Shown here piece after piece: positions 45,647 through 58,142 of a stretch of DNA of 64,000 nucleotides. Below the pieces are notes generated by a model. It was given only the letters and a program-made list of their open reading frames with translations. It was not told where the DNA came from and ran no database searches. The DNA lies in NCBI RefSeq assembly GCF_036321535.1, contig NC_087451.1, positions 55,924,001 through 55,988,000 of the forward strand. Reading direction: 5' to 3'. This DNA comes from Camelus dromedarius. Lineage: Eukaryota. Within the stretch, counting starts at the first letter, position 1. Every line of letters begins with the position of its first letter. The translations under genes and the position numbers were made by a program.

Positions 45647-48186
45647 ACACGTACACCACAACGTCTTTATCCAGTCATCTATCAGTGGACATTTGGATTG
45701 TTTCCATGTCTTGGCTATTGTAAATAGTGCTGTTATGAACATTGGGGTGCTTGTATCTTTTTGAATTATATTTTCCTCTGGATATATGCCCAGGAGTGGG
45801 GTTGCTGGATCATATGGTAAGTCTGTTTTTAGTTTTTTGAGGAATCTCCATGCTGTCCTCCACAGTGCTGCACCAGTTCTTTCTACTTTTCTTTAAAAGA
45901 AAAAGAGGTTGTGCTTTATATACATACTGATTTCTTATCTGCTCTTCTTACTCATTAATCCATCACGAATGACTTGTGATGTCATTAAAATAGTTAGTGA
46001 TATCATTAAAGTTCTTTATTGTACTAAAAATGGAAAAAACTAGAGAATACCAATAAACATAGAAAATGTTGAACTACCTATAGTTAACCTTTGTTAACAT
46101 TTTGTATGTTTTACATATTCATTGTAGGCACACTAGAAAATAATACAGACAAACATAAATAATTATTACCCAAAATTAACTTTTGCTAGCATCAGTGTAT
46201 ATCCTTCCAGAAATTTTCTATATGTGTGTATCTTTTTTTCTTCCAAATATAAGCCAGCTACTATTTATTGAGCTCTTACTATAGACCAGCCACTGGGCTG
46301 GGTTCTTCAAAAGTGTTATTTAATTCTCAAAAACTACCCTATGAGATAGAGTCTATTGTTATTCTTGTTCTACAGAAGAGAAGACTGGAATTACGCTGTG
46401 TGTATTGTTTTATAATATTTTTTTACTTGATGGTGTCAAACATTGACTTCCATGAAAGCTGTTTACTTCTACATTTTTAAGCACTTAACTGGCATCCATT
46501 GTATGGTTATACCATCGTTGTTCTTGGCTGAACTTTTAGATTACTTTCAGCTTTATGCTATTATAAACCAGTTTTTGCTATTATTATCGTCTTCGTGCAT
46601 GTCTCTAATTATTTTCTTAAAGTCGGATCCTGGAAGTAGGAGTCTTGTGTTAGACCTTTGAAAGATCTTTAATACATAAATTACTTTCTAGAAAAATCAT
46701 ACCAATCTGTCTTACCCCAGGGAGTAGAAAAGAGTACCTGTTTTCCTGAATCCTTGTGCCCACTGCAGGATGGTTATATATTCTGTATGTTTTTGAACAT
46801 CTTCAGTGTGCCAGGCACTGTGCAAGCCAGTGGTCCCTACCTTTATGAAGCTAGCAATCTCTCTTTGTAATTTGAACCTCACCAGTTTCATCTATAGATA
46901 ATGATACTGTTTACACTGCTTTTTTAAAATTTATTATAGTTGAAATTTTTTTTTCATATTTGCTGGCTCTTTTGATGTCTCTTACACAATGTTGTTCGCA
47001 TCTTTTGCTTATTATCCTGTTGATTTCTAAGTCGTTTTTATATGTTAATGCTCTAGAGATTTAGGACACTGCCTTTGTTTCTATCATATGTTACATTTGT
47101 CAAAGACAATTTTCCTTCCCATGTGTCATCTGCTTATTATATTCCTAAGTAAGTAATTCTTAGTAAGCAAGTATGTTAATCTTTTCCTGTATTTTGGTTG
47201 TCTTGCTTAAAAAGTCTTCCCTTACTTATTTTTTCCATATAGTACTTCTGTGATTTTATTATTTCTGTGATTTTATTTTTTTACACTTAAATTTTATAAT
47301 TCAGCTAGAATTTGTTTGAGAGTAAAGTTATGAGGTAGGTATTTAACTTTATTATTTTTTTCTAAAAATTAACCAGTTGTTACACCTTGTATTTAATAAT
47401 CTGTCTTTTCTGCCCTGGTGAAATACACTTTTACTGTTTCTTGTATAGAGCTAAGCCTGCTTATGGACTTTCTGTTTTGTTCCATTTATCTAGTCGTCTG
47501 TCCCTGTGCCCCTGTTGTAGCTGATCATAGGAACAGTTCATGATTTAAGTGAGATAAACACAGAGAACAAACTTTACCGTTACCAGAGGGTAAAAGGGGT
47601 GGGAAGGGATAAATCAGAAATTCGAAATTTGCACCTCTTGGGGGGTGATGGAAATGTTAGCTTGATTGTGGTGGTGGTTTCATAGGTGTATACATCAATC
47701 AAAATTTATCAGATTGTACATCTGAAATATGTGTAGTTTACGGTACAGGAATTATACCACAATAAAGGTGTTAAAAAAAAAGTTTAAGAGACAATGAAAG
47801 TAATGTGCTTAGCACAATGCCTGAGATATAGTAGCATATAGTAAAATAAATGTTTGCCTTGATGTTGATAATACACTTAGAGCATCAGACGTAGAAGCCT
47901 AACACATAGGTACTCAGTAGGTGTCAGTGCAGGCCTCCTATCAGAAGCTTCTGAAGAGGCGGGAGACCTATACCCTTTACAGGAGGTACCACACGAGAAA
48001 AAGTTCCAATAAGGATGATAATGGACATTGATGCTGTCGTTTGGCATGTGTATCTTCTTAGGTTAGACAGGCATCTCAGGGAATCCAGTTGACTTATGAC
48101 ATTCATCGTGAGCTTGTGATGAAGGGGACTGTTTAGGGTGAACTTACATTTCCCTCTTCAGGCAAACACTGAGCCGCCCAGGCTGA
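43077..48186 (+). CDS. Candidate overlapping upstream ORF of WIPF2 (join 43077-43204, 48162-48186; 50 aa)
   Basis: ATG 65 nt upstream of and out of frame with the main ATG. Open through exon 2 and into exon 3, stop TGA at 48184-48186. Translation is not demonstrated. Confidence 0.4.
43142..43204 (+). CDS. WIPF2: WIPF2 first coding segment (MPIPPPPPPPPGPPPPPTFNQ); exon begins at 43073
   Basis: Acceptor ttttcag at 43066-43072, ATG in AAGGATGC context, donor cag|gtaggt. Confidence 0.96.
45183..45860 (-). mobile_element. Artiodactyl-type L1 3' fragment with atypical (L1MC-like) tail; contains (GT)n at about 45611-45644
   Basis: tgttgctgcaggtggcatt...ggctattgtaaatagtgctgttatgaacattggggtgc...ggagtggggttgctggatcatatggtaag. 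Confidence 0.85.
47551..47780 (+). mobile_element. Short L1 3' fragment with the same atypical tail as 45183-45420
   Basis: gagaacaaacttta...gggataaatcagaaattcgaaatttgcacctcttggggggtgatggaaatgttag...caataaaggtgttaaaaaaaaa. Confidence 0.82.
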
Positions 48187-48294
48187 GTAGAGAGGAGCAG
48201 CGGGGTCGAGGTGCTCTCTTACAGGACATCTGCAAGGGGACCAAGCTGAAGAAGGTGACCAGCATTAATGATCGGAGCGCTCCCATCCTCGAGA
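48162..48294 (+). CDS. WIPF2: WIPF2 exon, WH2 domain (ANTEPPRLSREEQRGRGALLQDICKGTKLKKVTSINDRSAPILE)
   Basis: cttcag acceptor, donor a|gtgagt, 133 nt. Verprolin/WH2 signature LL.DI.KG.KLKKV. Confidence 0.97.
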
Positions 48295-48994
48295 GTGAGT
48301 CTGAGCTTCTCTCCTAGTGACCTGGGGACCCCAGAACTGACTTGGAGACTAGGCGGGGCTGTCACTTTTATTGTTGGATCCTGAGTGGGAGAGTTTTGTC
48401 TTGGGATGTTCTTTGGCTGTCTTCCCATCTCTTCATTGGAATACCTTCAGAATTTCTGTTTGACCTTTGAGAAGCCTTCTTAGGGTCTTAAGCCCCCCAT
48501 CTCCTACTGTCACTAATGCTTTTAGGGCACATCCTTGGCTGCTCTGAGGAGACCACCACAGTCCTATAAACCACTCAGCTGAAGCCAACGATGATTTTGT
48601 AATTGCTACAAGTGTTCATTCTGGAGGGCCTCTGAGGGTTCTTCTCACACCTGGGTCCCTGAGCCATTAGCCTCCTCACCATGTGGGACTTGGAGAGGAG
48701 AGCCTGAAGAAGTCCGTTGAACATGTCTTTATCCTGGTTATCTGTCCGCCCTAAATAAAGGAAGGCTGGCTCCTCATTCCTTTTGTTCTCTCTGTCGTCA
48801 CAGCACAGTTTCATCCCCAACCCCACGAAGCTGTGGAGCAGAGAGCCCATCTTTCTATTTCAGTGGAAAGATGAAAGCAGTATTGGTTTGTTTGCAAATT
48901 TAAGTCCAGATAGAGGAGGGGTTTCTCCTTGGGATTGACTTGGTCACCAGCTTCAGAGCACATGAAATGAAAATCCTAATGGTATGCTTTCCAG

Positions 48995-49111
48995 AACCCA
49001 AAGGAAGCAGTGGTGGTTATGGCTCTGGAGCAGCTGCCCTGCAGCCCAAGGGAGGTCTCTTCCAAGGAGGAGTGCCAAAGCTTCGCCCTGTGGGAGCCAA
49101 GGATGGTTCAG
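48995..49111 (+). CDS. WIPF2: WIPF2 exon ((K)PKGSSGGYGSGAAALQPKGGLFQGGVPKLRPVGAKDGS)
   Basis: ttccag acceptor, donor cag|gtatct, 117 nt. GGLF.GG.PKLR motif of the WIP family. Confidence 0.96.
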
Positions 49112-49454
49112 GTATCTGATAAGTACTTCCTTAGGCTATTCCCAAGAGCATTCATTTCTGCTGGGCCATCTGTGGTTGAGGAGTGTGGCAAAGGTGGGAG
49201 AGGGGAGGAGTGGGAGCAGGGGCAGAGTTACAGGGTGGAATAAAGCAAATCTGAGGGATTAAATAAAAATGCATTCAGCTTGTATTAGCAGTCTTTGTGA
49301 CTGGGCCCAGAGCCCGGAACTGGGTTCAAACCCAGAACTGTACAGGGACCTCCCCTGCAGCTATGCAGGTTGCACTGAAGAGGCGGGGTGACGTGGAAAT
49401 GCTGACCAATGTATGTGTAGTTCTGTTGACCAGTGCTGTCTGGTGTATTTGTAG

Positions 49455-50108
49455 AGAGCCTAGCTGGTAAGCCAGCCCTCCAAGTCCCCAGTTCTCGAGC
49501 TGCTGCCCCAAGACCTCCAGTGTCCACAGCCAGCGGACGCCCTCAAGATGATACAGACAACCGAGCCTCACTCCCAGAACTGCCCCGGATGCAGAGACCC
49601 TCCTTACCGGACCTCTCTCGGCCTAATACCACCAGCAGTACGGGCATGAAGCACAGCTCCTCGGCCCCTCCTCCACCTCCCCCAGGACGGCGTGCCAACG
49701 CCCCCCCTACACCTCTGCCTATGCACAGCAACAAAGCCCCGGCCTACAACAGAGAGAAACCCTTGCCGCCCACGCCAGGACAGAGGCTTCACCCTGGTCG
49801 AGAGGGACCTCCTGCTCCGCCCCCCGTCAAGCCACCTCCTTCCCCTGTGAATATCCGAACGGGANNNNNNNNNNNNNNNNNNNNNNNNNNNNNNNNNNNN
49901 NNNNNNNNNNNNNNNNNNNNNNNNNNNNNNNNNNNNNNNNNNNNNNNNNNNNNNNNNNNNNNNNNNNNNNNNNNNNNNNNNNNNNNNNNNNNNNNNNNNN
50001 NNNNNNNNNNNNNNNNNNNNNNNNNNNNCCCACCCACCTCAGCCTCCCCCTCTTTACAGAGTAATAGGCCACCTCCCCCAGCCCGAGACCCTCCCAGTCG
50101 GGGAGCAG
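49455..50108 (+). CDS. WIPF2: WIPF2 large proline-rich exon (contains the 164-nt N gap 49865-50028)
   Basis: tttgtag acceptor, donor cag|gtaagt. The reading frame is the same on both sides of the gap (IRTG...PPTSASPS). Confidence 0.95.
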
Positions 50109-50299
50109 GTAAGTGCTTTCTTTCCTATCATCCTGAGAGTTGAATTTATCTTTTCTCTTCATCCTTTCCCCCAAAGCTCTCCTTCAGTGATTGAACTGAA
50201 GAAGAATTCACTTTCTCATTCAACAGATTTTTATGTGTGTCAGACTGTTGTAAGGGAAACAGCAATATATACAAAAGATAAAAAATCCTTTTTTCCTGG

Positions 50300-52010
50300 A
50301 CAATCAAGCAAATAGTAAAAAAAAAAAAATACACACACACACACACACACACAGTATATAAATGGTGTAGAGAAATACAAAGCAGAGAAGGGGATGGGAT
50401 ATACTGGGGTGGGGATGAGGTAATATTTTAAATTGCAGGGGTGAGGGTAGGGGTCGAGTCAGGGAAGGCCTTATGGATAAAGTGACAGTTTGGCAAAGAC
50501 TAAAGAAAGTGAGGGAGTAAGCTAAGCAAGCCCTGAGGGCAGCAAACGCAAAGGCCCTGAGACCGGGGACAGCAAGGAGACCGCTGTGGCAGGACAAGAA
50601 TGAGTGAGGGGCAGACTGGCAGGACATGGTGGTCAGAAAACTAGATTCCATGGGAGAACACTGCCGGGCTTTGTGAATACTTTGGGTTTTACTCTGTGTG
50701 AGATAGGGAGCCACTGTGGGCCTTGGAACTTGAAAGTAGCATTGATTTGCCTTTTGCAAAGGTTACTGGCTCCTCTGTTGAGAACAGACTTCAGAAGGAC
50801 AGAGAGGCCAAAGGAGACCACTTAGGAGGCTAGTGCATTAAACTGGATAGATGGGTAGGATCATGGCAGGTGTGGTGGAAATTGGCGTTCAGTTTTGGAT
50901 GTCAAGTTTGAGATGCTTGGTAGACATCCAAGAGGAAATAACGAATTGGTGATTGGCTATCAGACTCTGAAGTTCAGGAGAGGTCTGGGCTAGAGAGAGA
51001 AATTTGAAGGATATTGAGAACCATCGGTAGGGTGAGGTCACCTGGGGAGGGAGTGTGGATAGAGAAGAGGTGAGGCCTTCTTACCTGAGTGGTCAGTGAT
51101 CAGAGTACTAAACAGGAAGCTGAGAAAGGGCCTCTAGTGAGGAAGAACGGAGGAACGCCAGGAGAGTGATGGAGAAACTCCAAGGTGGAGTGAATGTCAG
51201 CTGGGTCCTGTGCTGCTGGGTCAGGTAAGTTGAAGACTGAGAATGACATTGGTCTCTGAACATGGGAGTGATTTTGGGGACACTCCCCCAAACAAGATGG
51301 GAGCCTTTTGGGTAGTTTTAGTGGAGTGGTGGAGGAGGGAGGGTGAAGATGAGGGTTCAAGAATGCAGGAATAGGAGAAGAATTGGTGAAGATAACAGTA
51401 TTTAAATATAGAAATCTCTTAGTTTGCTGTAAAGGGGGATGGGGGCTCAGGTACATGGAATAGTTGCTGGAGGAGGATGTGAAATTGAGGATTGCCCCCC
51501 CCCCCCCCGCCACGCACATGATGGGAGATATTTCAGCATCTGTTTGTATGCTGATGGAATGATCCAGTAGAGTGGGGGAAAACTGCCTGAGGAAAGTCAC
51601 TGGGGAGGCAAGAAGGAATGGATTTTGATCCACAGGTCAGAGGTTGCCCTCAGATAAGAAAACAGGTAGTTCTTTCCTGGTGACAGGGGGGCAGGCAGGG
51701 CCTCTAGGCGTGGAAGCAGGTGGGTGGTGTGTGTGTGGTAGGAGCATGTGGAAGGTTTCTTCTGATTTTTTTTCCTTCAGTTTTCTTGGTGAAATTGAAA
51801 GCAAGGAGATATGCTGTGAATGAGGGGAAGGAAATAGAGATTTGAGGAGAGAGAGAAGAGGGCACTAAATGGTCATCTGGGAGCATGGGAAAGTGAGTGG
51901 AGGAGGGAAGTGTGCTCAGATCACCAGCAGCACGAAGGGCCCACTTGAGCTCAGGGGCCACACATTTAAAGTGAGATTCCTCAGCTCAGCATGTGTTCAG
52001 CTGTGCATTT
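50300..52010 (-). mobile_element. L2 LINE relic
   Basis: Purine-rich decayed L2-like tract (gtcagggaaggcctt...taaagtgacagtttgg, gtcaagtttgagatgcttggtagacatccaagagga, gaagttcaggagaggtctgggctagagagagaaattt). Confidence 0.65.
50331..50352. repeat. (AC)n microsatellite
   Basis: acacacacacacacacacacac following a poly-A run. Confidence 0.9.
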
Positions 52011-53293
52011 GCAGGTAGTGTGTCGGGTCAGAGTTGCGTGTAACCAGGGTGAGCGTTTGTTAGGCACGTGTGACTATCAGGGAGAACAGGGCAAGGGAGT
52101 TAAGGGTGTGTGTAAAGGAGTGATTGTAACAAGGGACCCTGGTCCTAAACTGAGTAAGGAGGGGATCAAGGGACCCTGGAAAAGGTGGAAGAGGGTATGT
52201 GACCTTACAAAGCAGCATGACTGGAAGTGAAGAATGAATGAGACCAGGAGGGCTCTCTGGGGCCTTCTTAGACTCAGGAATTTTGACTCCCATATTCTGT
52301 TACATCATTTGACTTGGAGCCGCACCCTCTGCAAATGGCTTTTGAGCTTTGCTTTTAAATAGTCAGTCCCTGCAGTTATAGATGAGGTCATTAATGAAGC
52401 AGGTATGTCATCAGGAAACTTGGATTAAAAGCCCATTAACTGAACTGCTGCTGAATGAGGCACACAGAGAATTGTATTCAGGAAGCTGGCAGCCCACGTC
52501 AGGGAGTCCCCTGGGAACTGGGTACATTGCCCAGCCTGTGTCTCCCTGGCTTTACCCATAAGGCTATAGTCCTAAAGTGACCTTTGACTTTACAAAGTTT
52601 AGGGATTAAAAAAAAAATGACCCTTTATCTGAGCAAAGCCTGTCTCTTTCTAAACCCAACCAGGAATAGAAGTGGAGAAAAATGTAATTTCTGTGGGTTG
52701 AACGGAGTTGTTTTAAATGTCTGCAGACTTCTTGCTTCCCACTCCTCAGGCCTTTTTTTGTGGTTTCTTTAGAAAAATGTGAAGTTACGAGCCTTGTTCT
52801 GTTTGCTAGCCATCACCAAGCCTGAGGCCTGGCACGAGCCTCAGCCTGCTTTCTGTGTCAATAACCAGGGCAGCAGTTCTTGAGAGAGATGCACTGAAAA
52901 AGAAAAAAAAAAAACATTTAATCAGAGATCTTTCGAACACTGGCTCTATTTGTTTTGTGATATGGGGCATATTCACTCTGATTCTCTGAGTTTGTTTCTG
53001 CATCTGTAAAATGGTGTTCACAGTACCTTCAGAGGGGGTCGTAAATAAAAGAACACAAAAAAGTGCTTCATAAACTGGTGTGCTGTTAGTGGTTTTATGC
53101 AGAGGACATCCAGGTAGTTTTCATCTCTGTTAATAAATCATACTGTGATAACAGTATGAGATAATAGACTTTTGTTTCTTTAAGAATTTACATTTGAAAG
53201 ATTACTTTTATTTACAAATTTACAAAATTTACAAAAATACTTTTATTATTTAATTTATAAATAATTTATTATTTAATTTATAGAAATGCCTTT

Positions 53294-53415
53294 TCTTTCC
53301 CCCCACTGGGGGAATTAATTAGGTTTGTTTATTTTTTGAGGTGGTACTGGGGTTTGAACCCAGGACCTTGTGCATGCTAAGCATGTGCTCTACCACTTGA
53401 GCTATACCCTCCCCC
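53294..53415 (-). mobile_element. Vic-1-type SINE
   Basis: TSD tagaaat(g/a)ccttt at 53281-53293 and 53417-53429. Confidence 0.88.
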
Positions 53416-54739
53416 TTAGAAATACCTTTACTTACAAATTGTTTATGTTTGAAAATTACTTTTGCCTTCCTGGGGTGCTCGGGGACCCAAAAATCCCTCA
53501 TAAATGATCCATAGAGTTTGTTTCCTGAATTTTTCCTGCAGAGTAAAACAATATTTTTAAGGGAATTTTTTTTTGTTTTTCAAAGAATAGGATACCATCA
53601 TGCTTTCCTCAAAATTGGCTTTGTCTTGGATTATAAAAGTCCGTCTTCCCATCCCAAGGCTTCTTTTGCACACTGCTTGTTTCTTAGGGTCCCAGCTCTG
53701 CCACTTGAAATAATCTTAAAACTGGATGTTACAGAGAGCCCAGAAACTTCTTAGAGATAGCAGAGCCTGGTTGGGATGACTGACTGTAAGGGAGGGCACT
53801 GGAGGAGCCAAGCCAGTGGTTCTTGGTCCGGCTCCATTTTGCCTGTCCAGGTTGGCTCTAATCACTGCCACCTGCTCAGTATCTCACTGCTATCCTTTGA
53901 GCTTGGTTAATCCTGTCTACCTTACTCCTCCTGGCCCCACCCTAGCAGGAGAGGGAGACTCCCAGGACCCTGAGAAATCTGAGGGAAATATTTTGAAGAT
54001 AACCTGAAAAAGCTTCCGTTTGGGTAGATTTGAAATGAAAACAGGGTTCAGAAATCTGGAGATTTCTCTTTAAGTATTGCATTTAATGGCCCCTGTCCAT
54101 ACTTAAACAGACCTTGAAGAGTGAGGAAGAATTGACATTCTGAGCGTGTTTTATGGGAAGCTAAAACTAACATTTACGGTGCCTACGGTGCCAAACTCCT
54201 TGTCTGTACACATCATCGCATTACTGTTTCATGCTTAACTAATGATCGCTCTATAGAAATTGACAGTAATTCGGAAGAAATATTAATATATCCCCTTATT
54301 ACTAAAACAGTGTTGTCTGTTAAACTAAGCAGTCTCTCCATGTACTGTTTAGGTAACAGCTGCTTATTGGATGTGGCCTAGGTACCAAAAGACACACTTC
54401 CATCTCACTGGGTTACACATGTGTTGGGGAGATACTTAATACTTGCGGTAGTTATGAAAAGCAGTAGGTAGCAGCTTTCTTACTGTGAGAGAGCAGCAGA
54501 AGTGTGCTGGGTCTGTTAGGTCCATGACCTTAGACAAATAACTTGAGTCCCAGTTTCCTCATTTGTGAAATGGGGATAATACCACATAATTTTGCAGGGA
54601 TGGCTACAGGAATTTTTAAAGATTTAATGCCTATAAATACCCAGAAGAGTGCCTGGAACATGATGGATACCAAATACTTGGTAGCTGTTGTTGTGGTTAG
54701 TTAGTGAAAAGCATAGAAATAATGTAACTTAAACACATT

Positions 54740-55020
54740 AGAACCTGTCCCAGCAATGTTCAGTATGCTTTTGACATTACCTTACGCTTAGCGGCAAATT
54801 TTTGTCTTTTAAGGGTGAATTTGATTTTGGAAAATGGCCAAAAATCAGAGTCATTGTAGGTACGGATATTTTTGTTGGTGGTGCGACCTGAGAAATGGGA
54901 TGTGACCATCTGGTAATATTTATTACAGGCTTTGGAGACAGTTCCAAAAGAAGTGTTCCCAATTTTTTTGAACAATGAGCCTATCATTGGAAATATGTGA
55001 TCTTTGCAGATGAACCTACT
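54740..55020. mobile_element. Mariner (MARNA-like) relic
   Basis: ttaagggtgaatttgattttggaaaatggccaaaaatca and ttggagacagttccaaaagaagtgttcccaatttttttgaacaatg, resembling a mariner transposase C-terminus (L..IPKE.F...FEQW). Confidence 0.5.
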
Positions 55021-56078
55021 ATATTTGTAGTTTGAAAATCGCTCATTTTAGTCTGTCCTACTGAGTGCTAGGAGGAGTGACATAGCCCATAAATGCTGCG
55101 GGAGAGCAGAGGAGGAGGGAACCAGACCAGAGTGGGTTGCTTTGGGAAAGCCTTGAGAAGCTGGGACTTGAGTTGAACCTCAAGGGAAAGGTAGGATTTG
55201 GAGTCAGGGAAGAGGGATGGCATTTCTGAGTATTTCGGGGGCGTCACAAGAGCAAAGCAGATGTAATTCGGTTTATTCAGCAAATGTTGATGGAGTACCT
55301 ACCATGTGCCGTACCTCTGGCTGAGCTTGGGAACTCAGATGAATAGACACTGCTCTGACTTTTGAGGAATACTGGGGAGAAGCGTGTGTGATAATTACAA
55401 CACACAGTAGAGTGGTAGAGAGATACGAGGCGACAGTGGCAGGGCAGAAGAGTGTACCTAATCCAACGTACAGGGAAGGAGTCAAGGAAGGGAGAAAGGA
55501 GGTGAGGTCAGGCTGACTGACGTGGTAGGTTACTGTGTAAGAAAGGAAAATGATTGGGTGAGACCCAGTCAAGGTGGAAGCTAAGGATTTGAAACTTCAC
55601 AATGTAGGAAACACAAAGCCCTTGAAAAAGTATGAGCAAGTATTTTGGGAGAGATTAGAGAGTTGGTGGTAAGCAGAACGGATTGGAAGGGTAAGAGCAG
55701 AAGCAAGGAGAACATTTGAGAGGCGTTTTGCAGCAGAATAGGCTAAATGTGAGAAAGCCCTGACTGAGAAGAATGGAGGAGGGCATGGAAAAGCAGAGGA
55801 AAAAAATCATCAAGAACAAGTAGAACTCTTGACTGACATGTCATGGGAAATGACAAGGAGTCATGTTTATAATGAACTTCGGCATCTGGGAGAATGGTCA
55901 TGTTGTTAAACGGGGATGAGGGGAGGGTGAATATGATATTTAACATGCCGCTCGGAGACTCACAGAGCCTGGTCCTTTGGGAAAGCGCCGAGGCCCTCTC
56001 TTAGCCCATGTCTATCAACCCTCCCTGCCCCTCACCATCTCTGCATCCAGACCTAACTGCTTTGGGTTTTCATTGCAG

Positions 56079-56288
56079 CTCCTCCACCCCCGCCACCCAT
56101 GATCCGAAATGGTGCCAGGGATGCTCCCCCTCCACCTCCCCCGTACCGAATGCATGGGTCAGACCCCCCGAGCCGAGGAAAGCCCCCACCTCCGCCCTCA
56201 AGGACGCCAGCTGGGCCACCCCCTCCTCCTCCACCGCCCCTGAGGAATGGCCACAGAGATTCCATTACCACTGTCCGATCTTTCTTGG
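56079..56288 (+). CDS. WIPF2: WIPF2 exon ((A)PPPPPPMIRNGARDAPPPPPPYRMHG...RNGHRDSITTVRSFL)
   Basis: ttgcag acceptor, donor g|gtaagt, 210 nt. APPPPP profilin-binding-type motifs. Confidence 0.96.
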
Positions 56289-56960
56289 GTAAGTAGCTAG
56301 CTGTTTCAGTCTCATAGTTCCCGTGGTGACCTCACTAATTTCAGTGGCCCCTGTAGAGTGGGAGTGGTGGCTGGGTGTCCTCTGTGTACTGCAGTTCCTC
56401 TCCTGACTGTCTCTCAGACTTCTGGGTCCCATCCATTGACATCCCTTTCCTTAGGCGGAGTCTAGACCTGGTTCCTTTGGGATAGCTTGAAGTAAAAGCA
56501 CAGTGATTGTGCTAACTCTAAAGCCATTCTCTTACTCCCCAAGCCTTACTGTTGTGGTGAGCTTTTAGGTCAGAGAGTGATCCTCTTCAGGATTATTGAG
56601 ACAGGAATTGCATATCATCCCAGGAAAAAGAGCTCCTTTCTGACCCTTTAAAAACAAAACAAAACACTCTGTATACAATATTATCTAATAATCCAAAGCC
56701 ACTGACGAGCTGCATTACTTTGAAGAAGTCACTTCATTTTTCTGAACCTCACTTCCCTTATCTGTGGTGCAAGGAGATTGACTAGATCAGGAGTGGGTCA
56801 GGTTAACTTTTCCAAGGTTATAAATGAATCTTAGGCCCCACCTAAGAGAGACTAATTCATTACGTCTGGGATGGAGCGCCAAGTAAAGGTTGTCCAGAGG
56901 GTGTTGTCAGACCCTTTGTTGACGTCTAGAAAGATCTCTATACGGCCCCGTAGATTCTTT

Positions 56961-57090
56961 TGTTTGTTTTATGAGGGGAAGATAATTAGGTTCATTTATT
57001 TATTTCTATTTGGAGAATGCACTGGGAATTGAACCCAGGGCTTCATGCATGCTAAGCACACACTCTGCCACTTGAGCTATACCCTCCCCC
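56961..57090 (-). mobile_element. Vic-1-type SINE
   Basis: TSD gtagattcttt at 56950-56960 and 57092-57102. Confidence 0.88.
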
Positions 57091-57751
57091 TGTAGATTCT
57101 TTAATGGTTGACTCTTCTCTGCTCCTGCCCTCATCTGTTTCTGTTAGGTGGACCAGTGTTTTTTCTTTGAAAATATGCCCTTTGGAATGTGATCAAGCCA
57201 CACGCATAGAGGGACCATGGAGAGTGGGCGTGGGGGCCACGACCTGGCTTTCCCAACCACGTGGCAGAGATAAATGAGGGTAGCCTGGGCCAGAAGGGAA
57301 TTATCTGGTCAGCTCTCTCACTAGCTGGTGACAGATATTCCCGTGTTAGCTTAATTTCTGCCAGTTTGTGGATTCAGTTCAGTTGGTTTCCTTTGGTGAT
57401 TGTCTGTAGGATGACTGTGTTACTGAAACACAGAACTATATTTCCTCCTCCTCCCATGCAAACAGCTGGGCTCCTTTCCTGGTATGTGCCTGGTTTTTGG
57501 TGAAAAGATGTAAAGAACTAATTCAAAGACTCACTTCTTAATGTAAAGAGCCTTTGAACACGTCTTCTGTGCTTGCGAGACTCTGAGAGTAATTCTCTTC
57601 CTGTGCTCATGAACCTTGCTTTCGTGAGCAAGGCCAGCCCTTTCGGTACATCAGAAAGCACGGGAGACTAGTCCAGGGAGGGTCAGACCTGGCACAGAGG
57701 CATGGGAGCAGAGGAAGGGTGACAGGAATTAACACTCTGTTCCTTCTGCAG

Positions 57752-57853
57752 ATGATTTTGAGTCAAAGTATTCTTTCCATCCAGTAGAAGATTTTCCTGC
57801 TCCAGAAGAGTATAAACACTTTCAGAGAATTTATCCCAGCAAAACAAACCGAG
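57752..57853 (+). CDS. WIPF2: WIPF2 exon, WASP-binding domain ((D)DFESKYSFHPVEDFPAPEEYKHFQRIYPSKTNR)
   Basis: ctgcag acceptor, donor gag|gtgaga, 102 nt. Conserved WIP-family WH1-binding epitope. Confidence 0.97.
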
Positions 57854-58101
57854 GTGAGAAAGAAGAGTCATGAAAGTTCTTCCATGATTGCTGAGGATGT
57901 AGAATTGGTGTACTTTTCTTAGGTTAAAATTAGCTTCCTCATCTGCATTTTCTTAAAAAAACAACAAAACCTCATCCCCAGATTGTAAAGGTTAGCTTAA
58001 AGAGCCTGTCTCAAGCCTGTCTCTCCTTTTAGGAATGTTTAAGGTATTCAGGGTCTGGTGGGTGACCTTATGTATGTGGTTTTTATTTTTTATTTTTTCA
58101 G

Positions 58102-58142
58102 CTGCCCGTGGAGCCCCACCTCTGCCACCCATTCTCAGGTGA
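58102..58142 (+). CDS. WIPF2: WIPF2 last coding segment ((A)ARGAPPLPPILR*)
   Basis: T-rich tract + ttcag acceptor, stop TGA at 58140-58142. Confidence 0.96.

Noticed and set aside
49112-49120. WIPF2 donor GTATCTGAT as a second U12 site
   Set aside because: Lacks the CCTT core, and the downstream acceptor has no CCTTAAC-type branch element. Most likely an ordinary U2 intron.
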